A stretch of DNA of 63,430 nt, filler included, from Octopus bimaculoides (lineage: Eukaryota), in the NCBI RefSeq assembly GCF_001194135.2. It is 5 parts of 5 records of this genome, joined end to end, with 100 filler letters (N's around TTAATTAATTAA, not from the genome) between each part and the next. Parts side by side here need not be neighbours in the genome. Positions count along the whole stretch, not along the records: positions 44,729 to 53,168 come from NC_069005.1; positions 53,269 to 63,430 come from NC_068982.1; 3 more parts are not named here. One strand, written 5' to 3'. The position numbers and the translations under genes were made by a program. Below the pieces are notes generated by a model. The model did not search any database. It was not told the origin of the DNA and worked only from the letters and a program-made list of their open reading frames with translations. Below, in pieces: positions 48,896-60,441 of the stretch. The stretch's first letter is position 1. Each line of letters opens with the position of its first letter.

Positions 48896-50551
48896 AGTGT
48901 GTTCATGTGTGAGTGTATGAGTGTGTGTGAGTGTGGGATTATGTATGCCTGTGTGCATGTGAAATATAAATTTACACATTTATAAGCGAGCACAGGTATG
49001 CGCNNNNNNNNNNNNNNNNNNNNNNNNNNNNNNNNNNNNNNNNNNNNNNNNNNNNNNNNNNNNNNNNNNNNNNNNNNNNNNNNNNNNNNNNNNNNNNNNN
49101 NNNNNNNNNNNNNNNNNNNNNNNNNNNNNNNNNNNNNNNNNNNNNNNNNNNNNNNNNNNNNNNNNNNNNNNNNNNNNNNNNNNNNNNNNNNNNNNNNNNN
49201 NNNNNNNNNNNNNNNNNNNNNNNNNNNNNNNNNNNNNNNNNNNNNNNNNNNNNNNNNNNNNNNNNNNNNNNNNNNNNNNNNNNNNNNNNNNNNNNNNNNN
49301 NNNNNNNNNNNNNNNNNNNNNNNNNNNNNNNNNNNNNNNNNNNNNNNNNNNNNNNNNNNNNNNNNNNNNNNNNNNNNNNNNNNNNNNNNNNNNNNNNNNN
49401 NNNNNNNNNNNNNNNNNNNNNNNNNNNNNNNNNNNNNNNNNNNNNNNNNNNNNNNNNNNNNNNNNNNNNNNNNNNNNNNNNNNNNNNNNNNNNNNNNNNN
49501 NNNNNNNNNNNNNNNNNNNNNNNNNNNNNNNNNNNNNNNNNNNNNNNNNNNNNNNNNNNNNNNNNNNNNNNNNNNNNNNNNNNNNNNNNNNNNNNNNNNN
49601 NNNNNNNNNNNNNNNNNNNNNNNNNNNNNNNNNNNNNNNNNNNNNNNNNNNNNNNNNNNNNNNNNNNNNNNNNNNNNNNNNNNNNNNNNNNNNNNNNNNN
49701 NNNNNNNNNNNNNNNNNNNTATATATATATATATATATTCTTTCAAAGACGCTGGTGTCAGCAATATTAATTATGATTTTATCAGAAAGTATGTAAGTAT
49801 TGTACAAGAAATTTTTAAGAGCGATAGATATATATTGTGGTTTTCAATATTACAAGCTGAACGGATCCTAATCAAGTAAAGTAGATAATAGATCAGATAG
49901 AAGGAACAGAAGTTGGAAAGTTTCGAATAAAATAAACAATATTAGCATAATTTGTTCTTGTTAGGCTGCCTACGATATAGCCATCTGTTTGTAGATATGA
50001 AATGTTAGATAATATTGCTCTATCCATGTACAGAAGAAAAAAAACGTTTCGAGTATTTGTTTACTTCTATATTCAAGTTTGTGTGTGTATGTCCGTTTGT
50101 GCGTGCGTGTGGCGTGTGTGCGTGTGAGTCTGTACACGAACATAACTGGCCACCTATACACTAATAGACGTTGGATGGCATATACAGTTGGTTCGCAGTG
50201 AGACTTGTACAAATGTAAAACCAGAAAAAAAAAACTGAGGAAGATAATGATCAACATGTGATATATGAAGAATATGGCACAAGTTCCTCGTTCTCAATGA
50301 TAATTGGAATTGGTTCAAACGCCTGAATAGCAATATACATACAAGCATTCATTTAGGTATAAAAAGCAAACATGGATAAATAGAAAGATATAGGCAGTCA
50401 TGTGCTACTTATGTTTCAAATGATTCAGGAAACGAACGTTGCGTAAATTTTAAGGAGCTACATAGCCATTCAGGTTCCTTTCCTTCGGGCACTTTTCTAC
50501 CCATCGCTCGTTGTCGTAGTGAATCCACAGAAATAAATCGCAAGACAATTC

Positions 50552-50830
50552 TGCTAAGTAGCTTGCTCACTAACCACGTGTTTCCGGGTTCCACTGCGTG
50601 GCACCTCGGTCAAGTGACTTGTACTATAGCCTGGGTTCGAGCAAAGCCTTGTGAGTGGATTTGGTAGAGGGAAACTGAAAGAAGCCCTTCGTATATGCGT
50701 GTGTGTGTATGTGTATGTGTCTGTGTTTACCACCCCCATCACTTGACAACAGATGCTGGTGTGTTTTAATCCCCGTAACTTCTTTGCTTCTTCGCTTTAC
50801 AATACTGGCTCGTTCATCGGTAGCAGAGAC
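50552..50830 (+). mobile_element. SINE family A (a second, antisense degenerate copy lies at about 51178-51318)
   Basis: taagtagcttgctcactaaccac...gtgagtggatttggtag...cttgacaacagatgctggtgtg. Confidence 0.8.
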
Positions 50831-51581
50831 ACACACAGACACAAAGATGCATNNNNNNNNNNNNNNNNNNNNNNNNNNNNNNNNNNNNNNNNNNNNNNNN
50901 NNNNNNNNNNNNNNNNNNNNNNNNNNNNNNNNNNNNNNNNNNNNNNNNNNNNNNNNNNNNNNNNNNNNNNNNNNNNNNNNNNNNNNNNNNNNNNNNNNNN
51001 NNNNNNNNNNNNNNNNNNNNNNNNNNNNNNNNNNNNNNNNNNNNNNNNNNNNNNNNNNNNNATATATATCCATATATGTATATATATATACATATATGTG
51101 TGTGTGTGTGTGTGTGTGTTTGTGTGTGTTTGTGTGTGGGTGTGGGTGTATGTGTGCATACGATGGATTTCCACACAGATTTTCATCAACCAAATTAAAT
51201 CATAAAATATTGGTCGGCCCGGGGTTTGTAGAAGAAAGCACTTGCCCATTGCACTGCGTGATGTGACTGAACACGAAAGCCCGTGGCTGCAAAGCGTGCT
51301 ACTTAACCGGAACGCCATACCTACCTTTAATTTTCGTGATTACCCTGCATCACAGTCTTACTACGCATTTTAAGTAACCCTACGAACTTTCCGTCGACAA
51401 GGACGCACAATCTCGTATACGTTGCTTGCTAGAAATAGCACACATAAGTCTTTCGTATCGTATTTTCGTAACACATTGTCTCACTCTCTCCCACTGTCTT
51501 TTGCACTGACTCGCGCACAATATCCCCATCTCCCCCTCACTTTCACACTCTTTCCCGTTTTCTCGCTCTCCCTTCCTCTCC

Positions 51582-51647
<66 letters not shown>

Positions 51648-52242
51648 NNNNNNNNNNNNNNNNNNNNNNNNNNNNNNNNNNNNNNNNNNNNNNNNNNNNN
51701 NNNNNNNNNNNNNNNNNNNNNNNNNNNNNNNNNNNNNNNNNNNNNNNNNNNNNNNNNNNNNNNNNNNNNNNNNNNNNNNNNNNNNNNNNNNNNNNNNNNN
51801 NNNNNNNNNNNNNNNNNNNNNNNNNNNNNNNNNNNNNNNNNNNNNNNNNNNNNNNNNNNNNNNNNNNNNNNNNNNNNNNNNNNNNNNNNNNNNNNNNNNN
51901 NNNNNNNNNNNNNNNNNNNNNNNNNNNNNNNNNNNNNNNNNNNNNNNNNNNNNNNNNNNNNNNNNNNNNNNNNNNNNNNNNNNNNNNNNNNNNNNNNNNN
52001 NNNNNNNNNNNNNNNNNNNNNNNNNNNNNNNNNNNNNNNNNNNNNNNNNNNNNNNNNNNNNNNNNNNNNNNNNNNNNNNNNNNNNNNNNNNNNNNNNNNN
52101 NNNNNNNNNNNNNNNNNNNNNNNNNNNNNNNNNNNNNNNNNNNNNNNNNNNNNNNNNNNNNNNNNNNNNNNNNNNNNNNNNNNNNNNNNNNNNNNNNNNN
52201 NNNNNNNNNNNNNNNNNNNNNNNNNNNNNNNNNNNNNNNNNN

Positions 52243-52276
<34 letters not shown>

Positions 52277-52913
52277 AAATATTTGATAGAGATCTAAATA
52301 TACAAATATATATATATATATAAATATATATATATATGTATGTATGTATGTATGTTGTATGTATGTATGTATGTATGTATGTATATACAGATTTGTATGA
52401 AATACACACAGATCATATAATGAAATATTTCGCACTCTATAGACGAGCCGTATATTTCTCTCATTATGCTAAATCAGCTCGATACCTTACGTGGGTGTTG
52501 AACATATCTGTAAACAACACTGACTTTTACATCGCACACACACACACTCACACACACACACACTTAGAGAGAGAGAGAGAAAGAGAGAATGTTGAAGAAA
52601 CTTAACATTCAACTGCGTTATTCAAATAGAAAAACTCCTCCATTTTGTTGACTCGTTGCATATTACGGATTCACTTAAGGAAACAGAGAAGCGTAAAAGG
52701 ATAGTTGAATTATGATATTTCAATCGATATATTAGAAATTGTAGCAAATGTTCAAATATTGAAAAGCTCAACAAACTGGCTTCATTGATCTTTTTATAAC
52801 TTTTAACTATGCAGAAGAAATAGATAGATACGTTTGGATCTGTATGCAAGTCTGTCAGTGTGTCTGTCTTTAAACAACACTACGTATAAAAATACATATG
52901 TGTGTATGAGTGT

Positions 52914-52981
<68 letters not shown>

Positions 52982-53268
52982 GTGTGTAACTGGTTGTACG
53001 TCTATGAATGCTTGTCTATGTGTGTGCTTACGTATGTGTTTTTAAAAGTCTGCTCATGTAAATATACGTATGTGTGTATGTGTTTAAATAGCTGTACAGG
53101 TATAAATGCGTCTGTATGTTTATGTCTGCGCTTCTGAAGATGTGTGTATGTGTGTGTGTGAGTGTGAGNNNNNNNNNNNNNNNNNNNNNNNNNNNNNNNN
53201 NNNNNNNNNNNNTTAATTAATTAANNNNNNNNNNNNNNNNNNNNNNNNNNNNNNNNNNNNNNNNNNNN

Positions 53269-54400
53269 ACGACGGTGAACAGGTGTGATCACCGTTTGTG
53301 GGGCGCGCTTTCCCGCAACTCGTCTCTTTGAACGAACTGCAATCGTGGATCAAAAAGAGGCCGAAGAATGGCGAATGGCACCGCGAGTGTTGCATTGCCC
53401 TCAAGCAGCTCTGCCGACCCGGATCGAGCTTGCACGACTGCAATACCACTAAAGCATTCTACAAAGATTAGTGGAGGGGAGGTATGACGACGATCTTGGG
53501 GAGAACCTGGACGTCGACGAGGAATACCTGACCCGCCTGTTCAAGACAACTTTCGGGCTGGGACCTATAGACAACTTCCGCAGATCCCTGGCCTGGCAGT
53601 GCTTTCGAGAAGCACTGCCCGTTCAAGATAAGCTCTACAGGCATGGCTCTAGAAACACCAGGCCGACCTACCCGAGGCCAGAGCAACGAAACCTTTCTGC
53701 ATGCACTCGTGCAGTGTTAAACCATTTCCGACCTGTGGGCTTATGTCGAACAACTGTTGTTGTGTATGGGACGAGTTGGTTTATCAGCCGAGTCTATCAT
53801 TAATATTTCCCCACCTCCTTCCTTCAAACGGGAAGGAAGAGCCATTCTCATTGTACTAGTGGCTATGGCGAAAGAATGTGTATGGTGGACGCGTTTGAAA
53901 GGCCTAGAAGCAAACACTTTCCTCTCTGGTCAATCACTCATCAACTTTTTCAAGTATCACTTGAAAAGGAAGGTGAGAGTAGAAAGGGAAGTTTTGTCCA
54001 GTGAACGTTTCATTAAAAGATGGGCGAATGTAGCAAGGATGGCACGTGTGAATGACGGAGTCACCTTGAGCATAGTCCTATGAACCAAAGAGAAAGAGAA
54101 AGCGAGTACTTCGCTCTAATGTACTTTTGTATTTCATTGGCCGAGGTTACCGTGGTCTTTTCGCAGGTTTTTCTTTCCACGGGTAAACCTAATGTGTTTT
54201 TTACATTTTTACTCTTTTATTGTGATACACGATCCCTTTTGATGGTTTTTTTCTCTTTTTACACTATCCTTTTTGATCGGAAATTTATTTTCTTCTCCTT
54301 TTTTTTTTCTCTCTTTTTTCTTCTTTTTCTCTCGAAAAGAAAAACTCTACATTGTATTTTGTCCCCTCTGTGTTCGGCCGTGTGTGGCTAATAAAGAAAG
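53269..54400 (+). mobile_element. L1/Tx1-clade LINE 3' portion with 3' UTR, frameshifted
   Basis: LAWQCFREALPVQDKLYRHG (zf-RVT-like region), LVAMAKECVWWTRLKG...LINFFKYHLKRKVRVERE...RW, stop at 54083, AATAAA near 54390. Confidence 0.75.
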
Positions 54401-54851
54401 TTATCTTCTACAACTATCATAACAATTTCTACACTTTTACAGTCCCAGCACCATGACACCACTGCGAAAACCATTTGATGCATAACGGACCGACACCTCT
54501 TCTGTCTCGCTCCAGAGTCCTCTTTATCATCATCAATCAGTAAACTAATATCAAAAGTTATCAATATATTTAGCTTATCGAAAGGTACCAATACATGTAG
54601 TTTAACCCGAAGATAACTAATGTGTATCAAAAACTTAAGTTGGCCTCTTCAGCGTGGTCAATACACTCGACTTCTGAGTTATAGAACATGTCTTAATCAT
54701 TTAGTCAGCAGCAGTATCATCAACATCATCATCGTAATCATCATCACCGCCACCATCACTACCACTACACCCTCTTGCAACTATCAGAGATTAAAAAAAT
54801 AATCAAGTACCCTAGACTAAGGAAGAAAAAAAGGAAGATTAGACCGTCTCC

Positions 54852-54904
54852 GTGATAAGAATTATATCTATATATAATAGATCTCCTTGTTCTTTTCTAT
54901 CAGC
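54852..54904 (+). promoter_or_regulatory. FABP core promoter: GATA site, TATA box, initiator-like element
   Basis: TGATAAGA near 54852, TATATAA at 54871-54877, TCAGC at 54900-54904 about 30 bp downstream, ATG at 54986. Confidence 0.55.
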
Positions 54905-54985
54905 CAACTGACTAAGGTACTGCGTAGCATCGCAAGAGATTGAAGTTTTTGATTAATATTTATTTCAAATCCTTTGCAAGCAAAG

Positions 54986-55061
54986 ATGGACAGCTTTGTC
55001 GGAAAATGGGAACAAAGTGATGCAGAACCAACAAACTTTGATGCCTTTCTTGATGCTACAG
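54986..55061 (+). CDS. FABP: Fatty-acid-binding-protein family gene, exon 1 (MDSFVGKWEQSDAEPTNFDAFLDAT-G)
   Basis: F.GKW...NFDAFL lipocalin/FABP N-terminal signature; phase-1 donor G|GTAAT. The symbol is family-level only. Confidence 0.93.
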
Positions 55062-55667
55062 GTAATATTTTCCTATTTTTGTATTTCGTGATATTTCCTT
55101 TCCTTTCTCTTTTATTTCTTTTCAAAAATACTTCTATTTGAGACGCTTTGACTATTCTGACACTTTTTAATGTTGTTATGAATCCATTCATTCATTCATT
55201 TATTTATTTATTTATTCCTTTCATTCTTCAAGTGTTTTCTTTTTTAGTTTCTAGATCTATGAGAGAGTAGCATAAATCATTGGGCCGTTTGAAGGGGGAT
55301 GTCTAAAAGACATTTTGGTTCACCTACACAATTCGACCTAAACCATTGCCGCAAGAATATTGAAACTTCGTTCAATAAGATAATTAAGAAGCGGCAATTA
55401 AGCAATATTGCGCAGCTATTTAATTATAAATAGATGATTTGTGGTTATTTACGAGTTAAAAGTGTCATTTATGAAAATAGCTCAGAACTAGTAATGGAAA
55501 TCAAACCAGGAATCTTTCGATTAGAAAGCTAGCACTCTATAACTCTTAGTTTCTATTTAATAGTCATTTTTTTTTTCTAAATCGCAGTCCTTAGAGAGGT
55601 GTTAACCCCTGTGATGAAAAGAAAATAAAAAAACTGAATTTCTACTTGCAGGTAAATAAGAGACTAG

Positions 55668-55815
55668 ATTATTCTTTCCTACTCTAGGCACAAGGCCCGA
55701 AATTTTTGAGGAGGGGGCCAGTCGATTAGATCGACCTTAGTACACAAATGGTACTTAATTTATTGACCCCGAAAGGATGAAAGGCAAAGTCAACCTCGGC
55801 GGAATTTGAACTCAT
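55668..55815 (-). mobile_element. SINE family B fragment in FABP intron 1
   Basis: ctttcctactctaggcacaaggcccgaaa...gaaaggatgaaaggcaaagtcaacctcggcggaatttgaactc. Confidence 0.85.
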
Positions 55816-57818
55816 TGCTGCCACTGTGGAAAAATATGAAACCATTATTATTAGCTTCTCTATTGGTGGGATTTGTTGTTAGCATGATATATGTATATTT
55901 TACATACAATTTCGCTTTCATCTGTTATCAACAGGATACCTAGTCTCTTCAGCCATGCATCGACAATTTTCTTTCACTATTTGCCGAGAATTTGTTCCTT
56001 GCTCATAGAGTTAGCATTTCTTTCACACGCCTCTCTAATATCGATAACGAAGCTTCCTCTGAAGTTCATGAGTCTTGCTGAAATTTTTAATAAGACATTG
56101 TTGATTTAGATGTAAACCCGTGACAACAGGCTTTTGGAAGTTCTGTACACTGCCACAATCCATCACACAACTCTCCAAACTTATATTTTAGACCCTACTG
56201 TTTGTGTGCCCATTCTATATTACGTTCCCATGGCAATTAATTCAAGTTAAGCCATATCATAACAATTAATTATTAAAATATGGCTTGGTAACTCAATTAT
56301 TTCTTTGAAATCTACCTATAGCTTTCAGTTATTAGCATTATTCATAAGTCTGAGTTTTGCTTTAATTTACTGGCGCTTCTCCACTTCCTTTTGATGTATT
56401 CTTTGTGGAAAACAACAGGATGCACCTTGATGATTCTCATCGCATTGATGAAGATGCATTGTTGTTTTAGTGTCCCTCTCCCCTGCCTGCTGTTGACATG
56501 TGACCAGCCTTTCTTTCTCTGCCTCTTTTACACTGGTCGCATGGTTAACCGGTCCTAAATCCTCTGTGTCCCACTGGTACACATCTGGCTTTTTTGTCGC
56601 CTTAATCATTTAGGATTGCCCTTTAAGCATTACCCACCATTTGTGTACTTTTAGCCCTGAAGTTGTATTCTGTTCATTTCTTATATTTTTCGTTTTTGTC
56701 TTTTGTCCATCACTTTAAATTACATTTATTCACTTTCGTATGTCCACTTCTGTATCTCTTATTATCCGTGTATTGTTTGCTCTTGGCTCTGTATTCTCCA
56801 CAACTTTCGCAGGCACCACCAGCATAGGAAGCATCTCAGTCTTACCATTAATGATGCCATTTGGTTAATAACTCATGAAGAATTAAGGACCTTCTCTGTC
56901 TGTCTTCCGTCCATTTGTGCACTCAATATACTTTTTACTTTCATTTGTGTATTTCTTATACATTTTTTCCCTGATTAAGTAACGGAAGGCAATGCACTCT
57001 GGTTTTTATTAACAGATGGAAGATACGAGAATTTTTATTAATCACGACAATTTTGTTTCAACACATCTGACATTAATCCCTCACGGGTGAGATACTTAAC
57101 AACTAGTTTAGGAGCATCTGACGGTACAGATGTGTCTCTTCAGGTGATAAATAGATACAACTCATTAAAATAACAGTTCTGCAATGTATCTTCTCCTTTC
57201 GTGTAAAGAAAAGCAGCAAAACAAAGGATATATTTACATTTATATAGATCAAAAATAAAATAACAGATGCAAAAAAGGAACATGCAATATTTAACATGTT
57301 ACAGAAAGTGGGTAAACTGAGATACAGTTTAGTTTATTAAGTTTTTTTCTTCTTTTATTGCTGCCATTAGATGAAATGGTAGAATCAGACAACCAACAGT
57401 TAGGATCTTTAGATGGCACCCATTGGAGACCTTATTTATTTACTCATCATTTTGTATCTAGTTATGATTCTTAATTCTACATTGCTTGTTAAGAATAAAG
57501 AACAGACAGCAATACTTTCTGAGGAAAAGAATTTCATGCAATATTTTGTGTAATATGAATTTCTCATCTATTCCAGAAAGAGTAGTTAAATACCCAGTCA
57601 GTGGACTATTTAGATTGGGAAAGGATTTGTTAAATAAAGTCTACAAAGATCAATAATAATCAATATGTGGAACACTTTTTTACATAACCCTGTTGCTTTC
57701 CTTTTTTTTTCTTTATCGTCTTTTCTCTTGAAATCTACCTGTCTTTATTTCTCACCTATTTCATCCAATATTTCTCATTATATTTCTATAATTTTTTTCG
57801 TTTTTATAATATGAATAG

Positions 57819-57991
57819 GTCTTCCTGAAGAAGCCAAAGCAAAATTAAAAGCTGCTCGCATTACAGTTGAGTATGCAAAAGATGGCGACTCTTGGAAAAT
57901 CACAACCACATCCAGTGGCCATTCAAAGACCAGTGTTCTTCAAATTGGTGTCCCTTATCAGTCTACAGATTTATTAGGCCGCAAGTTCACG
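57819..57991 (+). CDS. FABP: FABP exon 2 (LPEEAKAKLKAARITVEYAKDGDSWKITTTSSGHSKTSVLQIGVPYQSTDLLGRKFT)
   Basis: ATAG| acceptor, |GTAAG donor, 173 nt (the canonical FABP exon-2 length), in phase with exon 1. Confidence 0.93.
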
Positions 57992-58518
57992 GTAAGACAT
58001 TACTCGACTTTCCATTCTCAAATAACGATTACAATTTGGTAAAAAAAAAAAACGTCTGACAACGTGGATGACTATGAGGACATAGTAATAGCATGTGTTT
58101 TGAGAGACTTTGGGCTGTTATTTCTCGAAAGGCAATGACTGCGAAGAAGTGTCCTAGTTGTATCATTCATTCTGCTAAATGTGAACAACTGATGATGATA
58201 GCATGTATGAACTTGTATCTCCTATTGTTGTTTTAGATATAGTTGTTGTCATTGTTATTGAGCCCCATATAAATCCTGATCTAGTAAACCTATGATAAAA
58301 TGCATTCCAACTGTGACCATTCTATTTTAGTGAATATATTATTATTTTTTAAGATTATGTAGTACAATTTTAGGGAAGTTTGGTTGCTATTTCTACCAAG
58401 TCGAACGACCACATAAGCTCCTTCAGTGGTTTGCCTTTGTTATTGCTGTTATTATTTTGTTGTTATTACCGTCGTTGCTCACTGCTTTCAAATTATTAAC
58501 TTCTCTTGCAAATTGCAG

Positions 58519-58626
58519 AACGTTGTGACTATGGATGGTCCAAATAAAATGAAGCAATCATGTACAGAATGGGCTGAATCTACCATTGAAACAGAGTCTG
58601 TTTTATCTGGTGACACTATTACCCTG
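58519..58626 (+). CDS. FABP: FABP exon 3 (NVVTMDGPNKMKQSCTEWAESTIETESVLSGDTITL)
   Basis: TGCAG| acceptor, |GTAAC donor, 108 nt phase 0/0, VVT.DG.K motif. Confidence 0.9.
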
Positions 58627-59839
58627 GTAACTATATTTCCCTATATTTTTCTTCACATCTGTTCATGTTAAATTTTTAACAATCCATGTTCTGCATACAA
58701 ATGAGTAAAAAGTGTTTGGGCTTAAAGTTCTTAAATCCATCTTCATATAGATGTCGTGTATCTAGAATAACTGAATCGGTCTGTCACCATCCAACATATA
58801 AATCTAGCACTGCAAAGTCAGTCAAAGAATTATTATTTCTTAGAGGTGCTTACAGCTGAAGTTGTTTCCATGCCTAGCTCCTTTTCACAACTAAGTAGTG
58901 ATTAACATATTTAATGGCAATAAGAAAGGAAACATTAGAGGTACCCGTGCGATGTGAAAAGGAAAACATTAACTCAATAACAAACAATATCATTAATTAA
59001 CTACTACTTATCTTTTCTAACTTGGAGGAATTAAGTCTAACCACCCTTACTGATTTTGAATTGAGAATATAAGAGGGATTTCATAAAATTTTGTAAGATA
59101 TTTTCACTACAAAAGCTAGGTTTTACACTATCTTGTCAACGTTATCTTAGCTACAAATATATCACAAAGAATATGAATCCTCACTAGAATCAGATCCAAT
59201 TGGGTGCTGTTCATCTACAAAGTTAAAGTAAGGCTTATATTTTAGTACTGTATGGTTCACATATGTAGAAGACATCGCAAATATGTCTTAAAGAAATAAG
59301 AAATGTGATGTGATAGAACTATGCTCCTATTTGTAAAAAATTGTTCTTCACTTATCTCGAAGGTTCAATATTACCATGTTTTGCTGATGATGTCTAATAG
59401 CATCAAAGCATGTCTTTAGATTTTCGCTATTCCTGCCAATAAAAATCAAATTTTCCTCGAAGCATAAAAATTATTTTCTGTGAACTAATTCATCTCCGTT
59501 ATTCTTTATATATGTATGAATAAATGACAAAGGAAAAGGTGTTCTGCAACCACCTCCATTAGCTTAAGTTGTTTCTGCAATATGAAGCAGTGCATTCAAA
59601 GTTGAGCATATACGTGTNNNNNNNNNNGGGGTGAATGTGCATGTGTGCAAAATGTGGAACGAAGAAAAAAAGTAAAACCTTCCTCTCATTTTTCCTCGTG
59701 TGTTTTCTCAAAGACCAACGTCCTGGTTTTCAAATAGAACGAACAGTATCAACTGAGTCTGACAGATTGCTTGGTGGCTCATGGCATGCTATAGAAATCT
59801 ACCAAATTATTGTCTCTTTTTTTTATATATTCTGTGTAT

Positions 59840-60047
59840 GTTGGTTTCAAATTTTGGCACACAGCCAGTAATTTTGTGAGAGGGGTTAATCGATTATATT
59901 GACCCCAGTGCTCAACTGGTTCTTATTTTATTAACGCCAAAAGAAAGAAAGGTAAAATTGACCTCAGCAGAATTTGAAGTTGGAGTATAAAAACAGATGA
60001 AATGCTACTAAGCATTTTGTCCAGTGTGCTAACGATTCTGCCAGCTA
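59840..60047 (-). mobile_element. SINE family B in FABP intron 3
   Basis: ggtttcaaattttggcac...taagcattttgtccagtgtgctaacgattctgccagc. Confidence 0.85.
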
Positions 60048-60390
60048 AAATTTATCTCTCACAGGATGAAGTACATTTTTCTTGTCAATCCTAACTATAA
60101 TGTATCTATCTCTCTCTATATGTATATATAACTAAATGCTCACATACACACACACTCACAGAGATACACTCACACACACACACACACACACACACAAACA
60201 AATCTCAGGAGTGAGGCTTCATTTTTTTCTTTAAATTTTATTGACTCTTGGTTCACTCTGCAATCTTATAAAACTATACACTCTTATGTACATACCTTTC
60301 ATCCCACATTATGCTAGACACATTAATCTTCATAAAATTTTGAATAATTGGATGTGTATCTTATTGATATTTGTTTCATTCTTTTTGCAG

Positions 60391-60441
60391 ACTTGCACCA
60401 CCAAGGGAGTATCGACCAGCTCTGTCTTCAAAAGGGCTTAA
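60391..60441 (+). CDS. FABP: FABP exon 4 (TCTTKGVSTSSVFKRA*); total protein 135 aa
   Basis: ctttttgcag| acceptor, phase 0, TAA stop; AATAAA at 60623-60628 and 60733-60738. Confidence 0.88.
   Translation, partial: TCTTKGVSTSSVFKRA

Noticed and set aside
55880-56980. ORFs nested in FABP intron 1
   Set aside because: Short, with no splice support; more likely a heavily decayed antisense LINE remnant, and too degraded to classify.
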